64,000 nt of DNA from Deltaproteobacteria bacterium (lineage in GTDB: Bacteria > Desulfobacterota > Desulfomonilia > UBA1062). Below, piece by piece: positions 1 to 9,501 of this stretch (position 1 is the stretch's first letter; each line of letters opens with the position of its first letter). Under the pieces are notes generated by a model, which saw only the letters and a list, made by a program, of their open reading frames with translations, did no database searches and was not told where the DNA came from. The position numbers were made by a program, and so were the translations under genes. The stretch is from contig JAHDRW010000011.1 of NCBI GenBank assembly GCA_018433085.1, positions 55,224-119,223 on the forward strand, in the 5' to 3' direction.

Positions 1-419
1 AGGTGATATCGGTGATGATTCGGTCGGTCGTGTTGCGCGCCGTGTAGAAAAAGGTCACGTCGCCCAGGGCCGACGACGAAGGCGAGATGGATGCCTCGAT
101 GGCCTCCAGGGTGACGGACAGGGCTGAGAGGTGCTTTTTGCGGATGGAGGCGAGCGTGCCGGCGTATGCCTGGTTCCTCTTTTCGAGCACGGCCTGCGCC
201 TTTTTGACCAGCGCATCGAGCTCGTCGATCCGTAGATCTGCGCTCATTGCCGCGAGCCCGCTCTCATACCCGGCCCTGAAATGCTCTATCATGGCCGGGG
301 TGCCTCCCGAGAGGAGATGGGCCTCGGCGACCCCAGGGGGCAGCGTGCACCTGAGGCTCCCAGCGCACAGGGCAGCGGGAGCCAGGAAGATCAACAGTGC
401 GGTGGTGACGATATGTTTC
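1..419 (-). CDS. Partial gene (3' end off-window) for a signal-peptide protein, translationally coupled to the upstream histidine kinase
   Basis: Minus-strand ATG at 419..417 overlaps the HK stop in ATGA fashion. The translation starts MKHIVTTALLIFLAPAALCAGS (signal peptide) and stays open to position 1. It is absent from the ORF track because no stop codon lies in the window. Confidence 0.4.
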
Positions 420-2577
420 ATGCGTCTGCGGCCTCCTCCTTGACGTCTTTGGCGGAACCAAAGGGGATGGAAAAGATAAAGGTCGAACCCGTGCCCCTCT
501 GGCTTTCCACGTCTACCCACCCGTCGTGCGCGTTGGCGATGTACTGGACCAGGGCCAGCCCGAGGCCGGTGCCGTTTTCCTTGGTGGTGAAGTACGGGTC
601 GAATATCCTCCTTAAGTGCTCCTGAGGGACGCCGTAACCGGTGTCCTTGACCAGCAGTAGAAAGTTGTCCTTGATCTTCATGAGGGATATTTCGAGGTTT
701 CCTCCCGAGGGCATGGCATCTTCCGCGTTTTTGATGAGATTTATCAGAAGCTGCTTGAATTGTCCACGATCGATCATGATATCGGGCAGCGTTTCCGGGC
801 ACTTGAGGGCAACCTCTACGTTGCGGCGCTCGAGCTCGGGCATGAGCATGGATACGACGGACTCGACCTCCCGCCTTGGATCCACCGGGTGCTTCTTGGG
901 GTGGGGGAGCCTGGCGTACGACAGATACTCGTCCGTGACCTGGGAAAGGCGGTCGATCTCCCGCCGGATGACCCGGATCAGCTCCCGGGCCTCCTCGTTG
1001 TCTCCGTTGCCTCCGATCTCGTCCTCCAGCAGTTCCGAGTGGAGCAGTACGGAGGTGAGCGGGTTGCGAATCTCGTGGGCCACGTGTGCGGATATCTGGC
1101 CCACGGCGGCGAGCTTTTCCGCCTGAATGAGCTTCTCGGTCAGGGCCTTTTTGTCGGTAATGTCCACCGCGTACTGGACCACGTAGTCCACCTCCCCCCG
1201 GGAGTTGAACAGCGGAATGGCGCTGATGTCGAAGAAGTAGGGCTTGCCCTGGATCTCCATCCTCATGTCGCGCTCGGTGACGATCTGCCCGGTGGTGAAG
1301 CATTTCGCCGCGATGTCGGAGTTGCACATGCGCTCGTTTTCCGGAAAGTCGAGCGAACAGTGTTTTTCCACGATGTCTTCGCGCCTCTTTCCGTAGAGCT
1401 CGCAGAGCCGCTCGTTTACGTCGGTGATGATGAATGCCGCGTCGATCATGGCGAGGTAGTGGGGCACCCCGTTAAAGATGGTCTCCAGCCTCTTGTGCGC
1501 GAGGAGCACGGCCTCGGCCCAGCGATTGCGCTCGGAGGCCGTAGCGCGCGCCCGGTTGATCCTCAGGAGGACCAGGGTGGCCACGGTGATGAACCCGATG
1601 CTCATGGAGCCGAGCACCAGGGTGTTTCTGAAGGTGTCGGACATGAGATAGATCACCTCGCTGTAGGGCGAGGTGGCGGCCGTGATCCACCGGCGGTTGA
1701 GAAAGTGGACCGAGGAAAAGGCCAGGAGTTTCTTGATGGGCTTGGAGTCGGGGAAGTGCGGGAACAGGAATTCATACATGCCGTCGTTCTTGAGCTCCAT
1801 GGCATCCTTGATGCCCTGGATTCCCTTGATGCTGTGCCCCTGCCGCTCCATGCCGAGGACGACATCGTAGAGGTTCAGGCCGATCCACCGGGGGTTGGGG
1901 TGGTAGAGAATCATGCCGGTTTCGTCCACGAGCCAGGCATACCCGGTCTCGGACGGGCGCAGGGGGGCCACGTAGTGGGCGGTGATGTTCGACAGGTCGA
2001 TGGCGCAGCCCACCACTCCGTTGAAGGTTCCATCGCTTCCTTTCAGGGGGAAGGAGATGATGAAGGTCTCGAAGCGTCCCGGAATGTCCTGATAATGTTC
2101 GCCACCCACCATGATGATGTCGGAGACGAAGGGCACGTTGAGATCCCGGGCCACCCGGAAGTAGGTCCTGAAGCTGAAGTCCTTGCCTTCCATCCCCGGG
2201 AGGACCTCCATGGGGTAATGGAGGGCCATGACGCCCTCGGCATTTTCCCAGAACACGAACGAGACCTTGTTTTTCAGGGAGCGATAGGCGTTCTCGAGGG
2301 CGACGCCTATCTCCTCCGGATCTCCGTCGGCAACGGGCCGGATGTGGGCGGTGAGGCCCAGGACGTTGGTGATGTCGTTCATGTACTGCTCGATGCCCAT
2401 GGCGGTCTGCTGTGCGAGCAGCATCTGCTCGCGGTTGAACTGACCGGCCATCTCCCGTTCGACGCTCTTGTAGGAGTACACGGCGAAGAGGACCACGCAA
2501 CCCAGGACAACGAGGCTTCCCATCCAGATGATGATTTCCCAGGATGCCTCTCTGATATTGACCGTATGCCTCTTCAT
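418..2577 (-). CDS. Sensor histidine kinase with an N-terminal TM/periplasmic sensor region, cytoplasmic PAS, HisKA and HATPase_c domains
   Basis: H-box HEIRNPLTSV and a G-box GTGLGLALV are present. A TM segment (IIIWMGSLVVLGCVVLFAVY) follows the start. The likely start is M30 of the track ORF (ATG at 2577). The upstream Arg-rich extension is antisense read-through of the neighbouring gene. Confidence 0.8.
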   Translation of the reverse strand: MKRHTVNIREASWEIIIWMGSLVVLGCVVLFAVYSYKSVEREMAGQFNREQMLLAQQTAMGIEQYMNDITNVLGLTAHIRPVADGDPEEIGVALENAYRSLKNKVSFVFWENAEGVMALHYPMEVLPGMEGKDFSFRTYFRVARDLNVPFVSDIIMVGGEHYQDIPGRFETFIISFPLKGSDGTFNGVVGCAIDLSNITAHYVAPLRPSETGYAWLVDETGMILYHPNPRWIGLNLYDVVLGMERQGHSIKGIQGIKDAMELKNDGMYEFLFPHFPDSKPIKKLLAFSSVHFLNRRWITAATSPYSEVIYLMSDTFRNTLVLGSMSIGFITVATLVLLRINRARATASERNRWAEAVLLAHKRLETIFNGVPHYLAMIDAAFIITDVNERLCELYGKRREDIVEKHCSLDFPENERMCNSDIAAKCFTTGQIVTERDMRMEIQGKPYFFDISAIPLFNSRGEVDYVVQYAVDITDKKALTEKLIQAEKLAAVGQISAHVAHEIRNPLTSVLLHSELLEDEIGGNGDNEEARELIRVIRREIDRLSQVTDEYLSYARLPHPKKHPVDPRREVESVVSMLMPELERRNVEVALKCPETLPDIMIDRGQFKQLLINLIKNAEDAMPSGGNLEISLMKIKDNFLLLVKDTGYGVPQEHLRRIFDPYFTTKENGTGLGLALVQYIANAHDGWVDVESQRGTGSTFIFSIPFGSAKDVKEEAADA

Positions 2578-2605
2578 CTGCTGCCTGCGACCAGGCGTCC
2601 TCCCC

Positions 2606-3967
2606 TCACTGGATGTACATGTCTTCCTCGATCTTCGCCGGCAGGCTCTGCGCCCGCGCCGCAAGGTCGTCTTTTTCCAGGGCGGCCAGGGGGCTGATCT
2701 CGATCAGACTCCGGCCCGAGACCTCCACCCCCAGACCCCTCAGCCAGCCCCTGTGAAGCTCGCTCTGCATGGCCCGGGAGGTCTCCAAGGAGTCTTCCCC
2801 GGTTTTGTTCTTCACCGGGGCGAACTCGCGCTCTCTGAGCACCTCGAGGGTAATCGAATTTTCCGCCATGGGAAGTGCATCGAAAATAAAGGTCTCAAAC
2901 TTTATCCCCGGGGTCTCCACGGGGTTGCCCTTCGAGTCGAGGGCCGGGATGCCCTTCTCTGCCCTATGGAATGGAAGCCTCAGCCCGGAGCCGGTGAGCG
3001 ACTCAACGAAATCGCGCCTGATCATGTGGATAGCACCGTTTCCCGCCCAATAGAGCATGTTCCCCCCATCGTCGACCGCATAGCGCATGTCGTCGCTCAT
3101 GTCGCTGTACTCCACCACGCGGGTCTTCCCGTCGACCTCCGCGATGACGCCCACCTTTTCATTGAAGTCGCGCTTCCTGACCACTTTGGACGACATCTCC
3201 GCGCCCTTGAGGTTGTGCAGGCCGATGAAGAGCGGGTCGCACATCGCAACCAGGGGGTTGTCGACCTGGAAGTAGAAGATCTCTTCGATGCCCTTTGCCC
3301 GCATGATATCGAGGCAGCCGCTCCTTCTCAGGGCGGCGAGCGTGCCCCCGTGGCCGTCCGGGTTCATGAAGAGACCGCCGTCGCGGGAGAGGACGAACCT
3401 GCCTTCAGGGGTGATGGAGGGCAGCATGCCCTGGACGAAGAAGAAGACCTCCTCAGGGTCGAGCCCAAAAAATGAGTGCCGGGCGAAGAAATCACGCGTG
3501 TCCGCGTCGTTGGCGCGCGAGGTCATCACGAACAGGGGCAGGACCCGGGCATACTTTCTCGACAGGGCGAGCACCTTCTCTGCATGGAGCTGGAACAGGC
3601 TCTTGCCGGATACCGGGGTCACCTGGACCACGCCCTTGGGTGCGTCGATGCCCAGCCGGGAGCCCTGGCCGCCCGCCACCACCAGGGCCGCCACCCTGCC
3701 CTTTCTCAGCAGGTCTTCTCCGTGGGCGCGGTAGCGATCGGCCTCGGGGGACGCGGAAAACGAGGCCGGAAACACGGGCACCGGCTTCACCCGCACCAGG
3801 GCAGGCTCCTGATAGAAATGCCTGCCTTCCATCAGTTCCCGGAAGAGGGAAACGTTTATATCCTCAAGATCTTTTTCGATCTCGCTGCGTGAGACAAACC
3901 CGGCCCCGGACTCAAGAAGTTTTGCGATATGATCCTGACCGAGTCGCCGCAATTTTTCTTCGAGCAT
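2606..3967 (-). CDS. UDP-sugar / UDP-N-acetylhexosamine pyrophosphorylase (UDPGP family)
   Basis: N-terminal LGQDHI motif and Gly-rich nucleotide-binding loop LVVAGGQGSRLG, as in the UAP1/UDPGP family. AAGGAG RBS lies 7 nt upstream of the ATG. Confidence 0.7.
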   Translation of the reverse strand: MLEEKLRRLGQDHIAKLLESGAGFVSRSEIEKDLEDINVSLFRELMEGRHFYQEPALVRVKPVPVFPASFSASPEADRYRAHGEDLLRKGRVAALVVAGGQGSRLGIDAPKGVVQVTPVSGKSLFQLHAEKVLALSRKYARVLPLFVMTSRANDADTRDFFARHSFFGLDPEEVFFFVQGMLPSITPEGRFVLSRDGGLFMNPDGHGGTLAALRRSGCLDIMRAKGIEEIFYFQVDNPLVAMCDPLFIGLHNLKGAEMSSKVVRKRDFNEKVGVIAEVDGKTRVVEYSDMSDDMRYAVDDGGNMLYWAGNGAIHMIRRDFVESLTGSGLRLPFHRAEKGIPALDSKGNPVETPGIKFETFIFDALPMAENSITLEVLREREFAPVKNKTGEDSLETSRAMQSELHRGWLRGLGVEVSGRSLIEISPLAALEKDDLAARAQSLPAKIEEDMYIQ

Positions 3968-5204
3968 TCATGATCTCCTTTACGCGTTTTTCGAAGCCGG
4001 TGTCGCGGGGGACATAGAGCCTCACCTCGTCGATCCCGTCGGGTAAGTAGTTCAGCAACAGGGCCCCGTGCGGGTCGTCGTGGGCATAGATATATCCCTT
4101 TCCGTACCCCAGCTCGCGCATGAGCCTGGTCGGCGCGTTGCGCAGAAAGAGGGGCACCTCGGGCGTGCCGGTCTTTCTGATCAGCTCGCGGGTCCGCTTC
4201 TCTGCCATGTAGACGGAGTTGCTCTTGGGCGCGCACGCGAGGTAGACCGCGGCCTGGTAGAGTGCGAGCTCCCCCTCGGGAGAGCCCAGTGTGGTGAACG
4301 CATCCCTGGCGTTGATCGCCATGCGCAGGGCGTTGGGCTCGGCCATGCCGATGTCCTCCGACGCGATGCGGATCATTCTGCGCAGGACGAACAGCCGGTC
4401 TTCCCCCGCCTCGAGCATCCTCCCCAGCCAGTAGACGCTCGCGTTGATGTCGCTTGCGCGCACGCTTTTGTGGAACGCCGAGATGAGGTCGTAGTGGTTC
4501 TCGCCGGTCTTGTCGTGGTAGAGCGGCCTGTCGAGCAGGGCCTTGAGGTCATCGACCTCGACCTGATCTTTATCGATGGTGGTCAGGGCGAGCTCCAGGA
4601 GGTTGAGCGCTGCGCGGGCATCGCCGTCAGCGGCGCGCGACAGGGCCTTGACGGCCTCCGGGGATATGGTTTTTCCCAGCGAGGTCAGATCCGGGTCGAT
4701 CTCCGTGGCCCGCTTGAGGATCTTCTCGACGTCCGAAGGCTTCAGGGCCTTGAACGCGACCACCTGGAGCCGGGAGAGGAGCGGGGAGGTGATGGAGAAC
4801 GAGGGGTTCTCTGTGGTTGCGCCGATCAGGACGATATCGCCCCGTTCTACAAAGGGCAGCAGGGCGTCCTGCTGGACCCGGTTGAACCGGTGCACCTCGT
4901 CGATGAAGACCACCGGGGGCTCCGGGGCGCTCTGCGCGTGTTTGGTTACCCGCCGGATATCCTGGATGCCGCTGGTGACCGCGCTGATGGCGAAGAACGA
5001 GTCCTTGCAGAGCACCTCGATGATGTGCGCGACGCTGCTCTTGCCCGCGCCCGGCGGCCCCCAGAGCATGACGGAGCGGCGATTGCCCGCCGCGAAGCTC
5101 TCGATGAACCTCTTTGCGTCGTCCTGCCCCATGAGCTCGTCGATGCTGTCGGGACGGATCCGGTACGCAAGGGGAGGGGCATGCTTTTCCATACGGTTTT
5201 CCAT
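3912..5204 (-). CDS. rarA: Replication-associated recombination protein A (AAA+ ATPase RarA/MgsA)
   Basis: Walker A GPPGAGKSS, Walker B and sensor FIDEVHRFN, and the conserved RarA C-terminal region. The start is uncertain: candidates are ATG at 5204 or 5192, or the track's TTG at 5222. The 3' end overlaps the next gene by 56 nt. Confidence 0.8.
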   Translation of the reverse strand: MENRMEKHAPPLAYRIRPDSIDELMGQDDAKRFIESFAAGNRRSVMLWGPPGAGKSSVAHIIEVLCKDSFFAISAVTSGIQDIRRVTKHAQSAPEPPVVFIDEVHRFNRVQQDALLPFVERGDIVLIGATTENPSFSITSPLLSRLQVVAFKALKPSDVEKILKRATEIDPDLTSLGKTISPEAVKALSRAADGDARAALNLLELALTTIDKDQVEVDDLKALLDRPLYHDKTGENHYDLISAFHKSVRASDINASVYWLGRMLEAGEDRLFVLRRMIRIASEDIGMAEPNALRMAINARDAFTTLGSPEGELALYQAAVYLACAPKSNSVYMAEKRTRELIRKTGTPEVPLFLRNAPTRLMRELGYGKGYIYAHDDPHGALLLNYLPDGIDEVRLYVPRDTGFEKRVKEIMNARRKIAATRSGSYRKTS

Positions 5205-5530
5205 AAGGATCGTATAGCACAAAAACCAGGGGATAAAAATTTGAATAAATCTGCGAGCAGGGGGTTAAGTAAACCCGGATCGTGACGATAGAAATAAATA
5301 GGTTCTTCAAGATTCATTCCCCGTAGAACCTCCTCATATGTTCGCAGGTCAAAAAGGCCTGCTTTTTTTTTGCCGTTTTCCAGCACCCCTGACGGCACGC
5401 TCCGCCTTATGCCCGAAGAACAATCGCGCAGGCATCCATTTTCAGCGTGGAAAATCGACACCATTCCTCCATGTCAATACAAACATACAAATTTATTTAA
5501 AGTTTGCCATTCAACTCAGGAAATCTATCC

Positions 5531-5559
5531 TTGACAAACCCTTTTGATGCATTATAGAA
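5531..5559 (+). promoter_or_regulatory. Sigma70-type promoter for tRNA-fMet: TTGACA (5531..5536), 17-nt spacer, TATAGA (5554..5559)
   Basis: Consensus -35 hexamer with exact 17-nt spacing to a TATAGA -10, about 19 nt upstream of the mature tRNA 5' end. Confidence 0.4.
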
Positions 5560-5577
5560 GACTCTACAATCAAATGA

Positions 5578-5654
<77 letters not shown>

Positions 5655-6036
5655 AATTTATCTTGTTAATCCTAATCCTAAGACTTATCATTCCGGATAT
5701 CCCCTGAAACAGTGGTGCCTCTTCTTGTTGAGATGAATTACCTCGCCGGTCATCTGTTGTCAGGAGTATCTGAGGAGCCAGCCGTTCATCGACAAGCTCT
5801 TTCTGCACGGAGCTGATAAAAGCCCTAATTTTCACTCAACATTTTTGCACGTTTCAAAAAATCATTCAACAGAGCTTACGGAACTATGATCAGCATAGCA
5901 CTACAGCAGCAAGGTGGAGGTATAAGAAGATAGGCCCTGTATCTTCGACGAGAGCAGCGCCCAGCAGTGCCGCTCTGATGCGAGAAGCGAGCCATGGCAG
6001 GGTTCTGTTATTTCCTTTGAAAAAGCCAATACATCC

Positions 6037-6080
6037 TTGACAGACCGTCTCTTGTATTATATAAGACTGACCGGTCAGTC
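6037..6080 (+). promoter_or_regulatory. Promoter (TTGACA, 17 nt, TATAAG) with an overlapping perfect 16-bp palindrome GACTGACCGGTCAGTC (6065..6080): candidate autoregulatory TetR operator
   Basis: The -35 hexamer lies at 6037..6042 and the -10 at 6060..6065. The palindrome starts at the last -10 base and covers the predicted TSS. A GGAG RBS precedes the TetR ATG at 6109. Confidence 0.45.
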
Positions 6081-6108
6081 ATCATAGAATGGAGTACAGG
6101 GCAATCAC

Positions 6109-7125
6109 ATGACCGGAAAACGTGTCATTCTTGAAAAATCAGGCGGCAGGCGGATTTCGTTTTACGCTGAAGTCGGAAGTTATTTTACGGCAGAAGGGGA
6201 TTTCCATGAGGCCGCCTTTCGCTCCAGCCTGAAAGATCGGCTCTTCGAGGCCGGCGGCGGGGACCAATCCGACAATGCGCGTCTCGATGCGCAGGGGAAG
6301 TGGCTTTCTTCATATCTCCAGGATATTCTCGCCTATCTCCTTGAAAAAGACATGGCTCCGGCCGCGGTCCAACTCTCCGCCGCCGCCATGGACGAGGCCG
6401 GAAAGATGGGGGTGACCAGGGTCGTGCTTCCGCCGCGGCTCCTCGGTGACATCCTGCGGTCAATCTCGCCGGCGGCACCGGAGAAGCCCCAGCACCGTCA
6501 GTCCGCGGATGAAAAGAGGCGCATGATCTATTCCGCCGCGCTCAAGGTTTTCTCCGAGGAAGGCTACCACCAGGCAACCATGGAGAAGATTGCCGCACTC
6601 TCGGGCGTGGCCAAGGGCACGGTATACACCTATTTCAAAAGCAAGGAAGATCTTCTGGACCAGCTTCTGGAGGAATATTATCAGGAAATCGTCAAAAGGA
6701 TCAGCGCGATCTGCGGCAAGGAGACCGACATACTCCAGCAGATCCGCGAGCTGATCGTGTTCTGGGTGCACTTTATCGAGGCAAATCCTCTTGTCTATCG
6801 CCTCATTCAGAGCGAGGCGATATTCCAGCGGCCCGGGGGCAAGACCATGTTCTACGACTACATCGTCTCGCACCTCCCAATGCTCAAGGAGCGCATCGTT
6901 GCCTTGAATCGCGAGCATCGGCTGAAGACCACGAGCTTTTATCCCACCTTCTACGGGGCGCTCGGCTTCATCGACGGCGTTGCCCAGAGATGGTTCCGCT
7001 GCCAGATGGATTATCCCCTGACCGACGAGATCCCCGTTATCCTTGAGGTTCTTCTGAACGGGTTCGTCGGCGAGCACAACAGCAACGCCAGCTATTCTTC
7101 CCCGCCGGAGGCCGAAGACGGGTGA
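6109..7125 (+). CDS. TetR/AcrR-family transcriptional regulator with an unusual ~140-aa N-terminal extension
   Basis: The TetR HTH (IYSAALKVFSEEGYHQATMEKIAALSGVAKGTVYTYFKSKEDLL) begins near residue 150. The promoter/operator and RBS geometry favour the 6109 start. Internal in-frame Met codons (for example at 6346 or 6388) remain alternative starts. Confidence 0.65.
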   Translation: MTGKRVILEKSGGRRISFYAEVGSYFTAEGDFHEAAFRSSLKDRLFEAGGGDQSDNARLDAQGKWLSSYLQDILAYLLEKDMAPAAVQLSAAAMDEAGKMGVTRVVLPPRLLGDILRSISPAAPEKPQHRQSADEKRRMIYSAALKVFSEEGYHQATMEKIAALSGVAKGTVYTYFKSKEDLLDQLLEEYYQEIVKRISAICGKETDILQQIRELIVFWVHFIEANPLVYRLIQSEAIFQRPGGKTMFYDYIVSHLPMLKERIVALNREHRLKTTSFYPTFYGALGFIDGVAQRWFRCQMDYPLTDEIPVILEVLLNGFVGEHNSNASYSSPPEAEDG

Positions 7126-7295
7126 GAGGGAATGGACACGGTCGGGGTGACGACGCAACACTGACAAGGATGCCCCCGTCAGGGGGGCGACGCCGGAAAG
7201 GGCGGCTCCTGTGCCGGCACTGCCATGCCGGCACGATCATGGAGACAGTCCCTGTACCGGCGCCGACCCGATGACGGTACAGCATACACTACTGA

Positions 7296-9026
7296 ATGAA
7301 AGGATACCCGATTATGCAAAAGGAGGAAACAGGAATTTTCGGCAAGGCCAAGGGCAGGAGGGTAGGACCTCAAGGTGCGGACGGTGTGCACGCTTCACAG
7401 TGGTATCCCGCGATGCACCCGGGACGGTCACAGGTGCCGTTCCTGCGTTCTCCCCGGGCGATTACCGGGCACATGAACGCCAGAATCCGCGCGATATGGC
7501 ATGCGAGTGACTACCAGGGCAAGGATTTCAGCCCCTTCGAGGTCTCGTCCATACCGAGCAAGCACAAGCTCGCCCAGGTGCTGGCCTGCGGTCTGAAGGC
7601 CGCAGTGGCGACCTACTCACAGCACTGGCAGGGCATGTATCTTGACTGGACCTTCAACCATCACATCGAGGAGGCCTTTTCGAAATTCGGTATCATGGCG
7701 AATTCGGAAAAGTTCGTGAAAAACGCATTCGCTACCGTGGTGCTCTTCAATACCGGTTATGCCGGAGTGTTCATGGACATGCTCAAAAGCCGGCGCCGTC
7801 TTCTCCCGCCCAGTATGGAGAGCCTCGAAAACCTCGACATGGGCACCTTCGAGCACAACTTGAGGAGCTCGGTCGGCGCGGTGCTCGGAGGCGAGTACGG
7901 GGTGAACGTCATCCGGTGCTCTCTGGCGAAGCCCCTGGTGGCAGAGGCGAACAGGCCGGGCTATGAGGCTCTGCGCGGCGTGGCTTCAGTGGAGGGCATG
8001 GACCCGAAGGCCTCCATCACCTGTATCCTGCAAATCGGGCTCAAGCAGTCCGAAGACCGCGCCAGTTTCGACCAGGAGATGATGGACCTCGCGGCCGCCA
8101 AGATCATCGAGCGCAAGAGCGAACGGCGCAACGCGGATTTATCGCGCCAGGTCCCGGTGGTCGTCATGTCGCGCTATTTTCTCTCCGTGAACCGGGAGCT
8201 GCGAAAGGCCGGGCTGCACGGCATCGTCAAGACCCTGGTGATCGAAGGGAACACTCCCCCGGGCAAGACCATGCTTGCATCCATGAGGGATTGCATAGGG
8301 GACGGGCTCAGGAAGTGCTATGACGACATCCTTGCGGCATATCCGGCCAATCTGGCCGACAGCGGCACCGATCTGGACCTCGGCACGTACCGCGACATGG
8401 CGAAGCTCGCGTGCGACCTCGGACTGAAGGTGCTCAAGCCACGCGAAGACGGACACAAGATGCTCTTCATCTATATCGACATGGAGGCCCTCCAGAAAAA
8501 GGGCATCCCGATCGATGTCGCGGAGCAGACAGCGGGCAGCGCCATTCAGGCCGGGCTCAACTCCGTGCATCTCGATGGGACCACGAATGTACCGGACGAG
8601 CAGGACCTGCTTTACGGCGCCTTCTGTATGACCGGCCCGATCCACTCGGCCGAGCTCCTGGATACGGACGATCAGCTCAAGCGAGGGTGGGGCCAGGGAT
8701 TCTGGAACATCCTTGCGCCGGAGCTGCCGCCGACCAACAAGATGCTCGCCCTTATCGCCGTCTCGGCCAAGAGCGAGCAGGATGCCTTTATCGCCGAGAT
8801 ACAGGCATTGAACGAGCGGAAATCGGTCAACGAGATCTTCTGGTACAAGACCTGGAACCATCCGCAGGGAAAGCGTCTGGACATCCCTCAATGGGTATCC
8901 TATGCCCATGTGCTCGACGTGCTCCCGATTCCCGGTAACTCCATTGCCCATGCGGAAGAGCCTATCCCGGAGCACCTGCCCGAAGATCACCCCCTGACCA
9001 GGGAGTTCAGGCAGATGATTAAGTGA
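7296..9026 (+). CDS. Hypothetical protein (576 aa) with no recognisable motif; start uncertain
   Basis: Long ORF with coding-like composition, ended by a rho-independent terminator. An AAGGAGG lies just inside the 5' end, so the true start may be further downstream (for example the ATG at about 7470). Confidence 0.5.
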   Translation: MKGYPIMQKEETGIFGKAKGRRVGPQGADGVHASQWYPAMHPGRSQVPFLRSPRAITGHMNARIRAIWHASDYQGKDFSPFEVSSIPSKHKLAQVLACGLKAAVATYSQHWQGMYLDWTFNHHIEEAFSKFGIMANSEKFVKNAFATVVLFNTGYAGVFMDMLKSRRRLLPPSMESLENLDMGTFEHNLRSSVGAVLGGEYGVNVIRCSLAKPLVAEANRPGYEALRGVASVEGMDPKASITCILQIGLKQSEDRASFDQEMMDLAAAKIIERKSERRNADLSRQVPVVVMSRYFLSVNRELRKAGLHGIVKTLVIEGNTPPGKTMLASMRDCIGDGLRKCYDDILAAYPANLADSGTDLDLGTYRDMAKLACDLGLKVLKPREDGHKMLFIYIDMEALQKKGIPIDVAEQTAGSAIQAGLNSVHLDGTTNVPDEQDLLYGAFCMTGPIHSAELLDTDDQLKRGWGQGFWNILAPELPPTNKMLALIAVSAKSEQDAFIAEIQALNERKSVNEIFWYKTWNHPQGKRLDIPQWVSYAHVLDVLPIPGNSIAHAEEPIPEHLPEDHPLTREFRQMIK

Positions 9027-9109
9027 TATCAGACTCCTTACGAGTTGTATGAATGAGCAAACAGACAACTTGTGTGATACAAGGCAACCGAGATACTGAT
9101 TTGTGATAT

Positions 9110-9137
9110 GCCGGGCCTTTTCGGCCCGGCTTTTTTA
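9110..9137 (+). terminator. Rho-independent terminator GCCGGGCC-TTTT-CGGCCCGGC followed by TTTTTT
   Basis: A perfect 8-9 bp GC stem with a U6 tract lies 84 nt downstream of the stop of the 7296..9026 gene. Confidence 0.75.
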
Positions 9138-9501
9138 TCAGAAATATACGGGGACGGGAATATACTGACCGGGCTTGGTGATAACCGGCCGGATCTTTTG
9201 TATCGGCCCATAAAGTGAAGAAGCATTGTGAAGAGATACCGAAGGTTCATCACACTGAAGCGTACTTTTTGAGTTGAAAGGAGTGGACATACCTGCCTTT
9301 CTGAACCTGACGAAAGAAAACAGCAAGGGATCAGGGCATGTCCATGTATATATTGTATCAAGGGCTTGGGATTGTCGGTATCAGTATGTCCGTACTGAAT
9401 ACTCTGGATACACGGTGCGCACCACGTCGGCTGACACCGTCGACAGGGCGACAACCAACCCTGCCGACGGTGGTGTGATCCTTTGAAGGGAGACGCCTCT
9501 G

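Noticed and set aside
87-443. 118-aa + strand ORF at the window start
   Set aside because: It has a low-complexity translation. The opposite strand instead carries a signal-peptide ORF whose ATG is coupled (ATGA) to the HK stop, and that is the better model.
760-2697. 645-aa + strand ORF
   Set aside because: It lies entirely antisense to the histidine kinase gene, has low-complexity Gly/Arg/His-rich composition typical of high-GC antisense frames, and no motifs.
5348-5376. Weak hairpin followed by T9 on the + strand
   Set aside because: It resembles an intrinsic terminator, but no + strand gene lies upstream (rarA is on the minus strand), so it is probably leader sequence.
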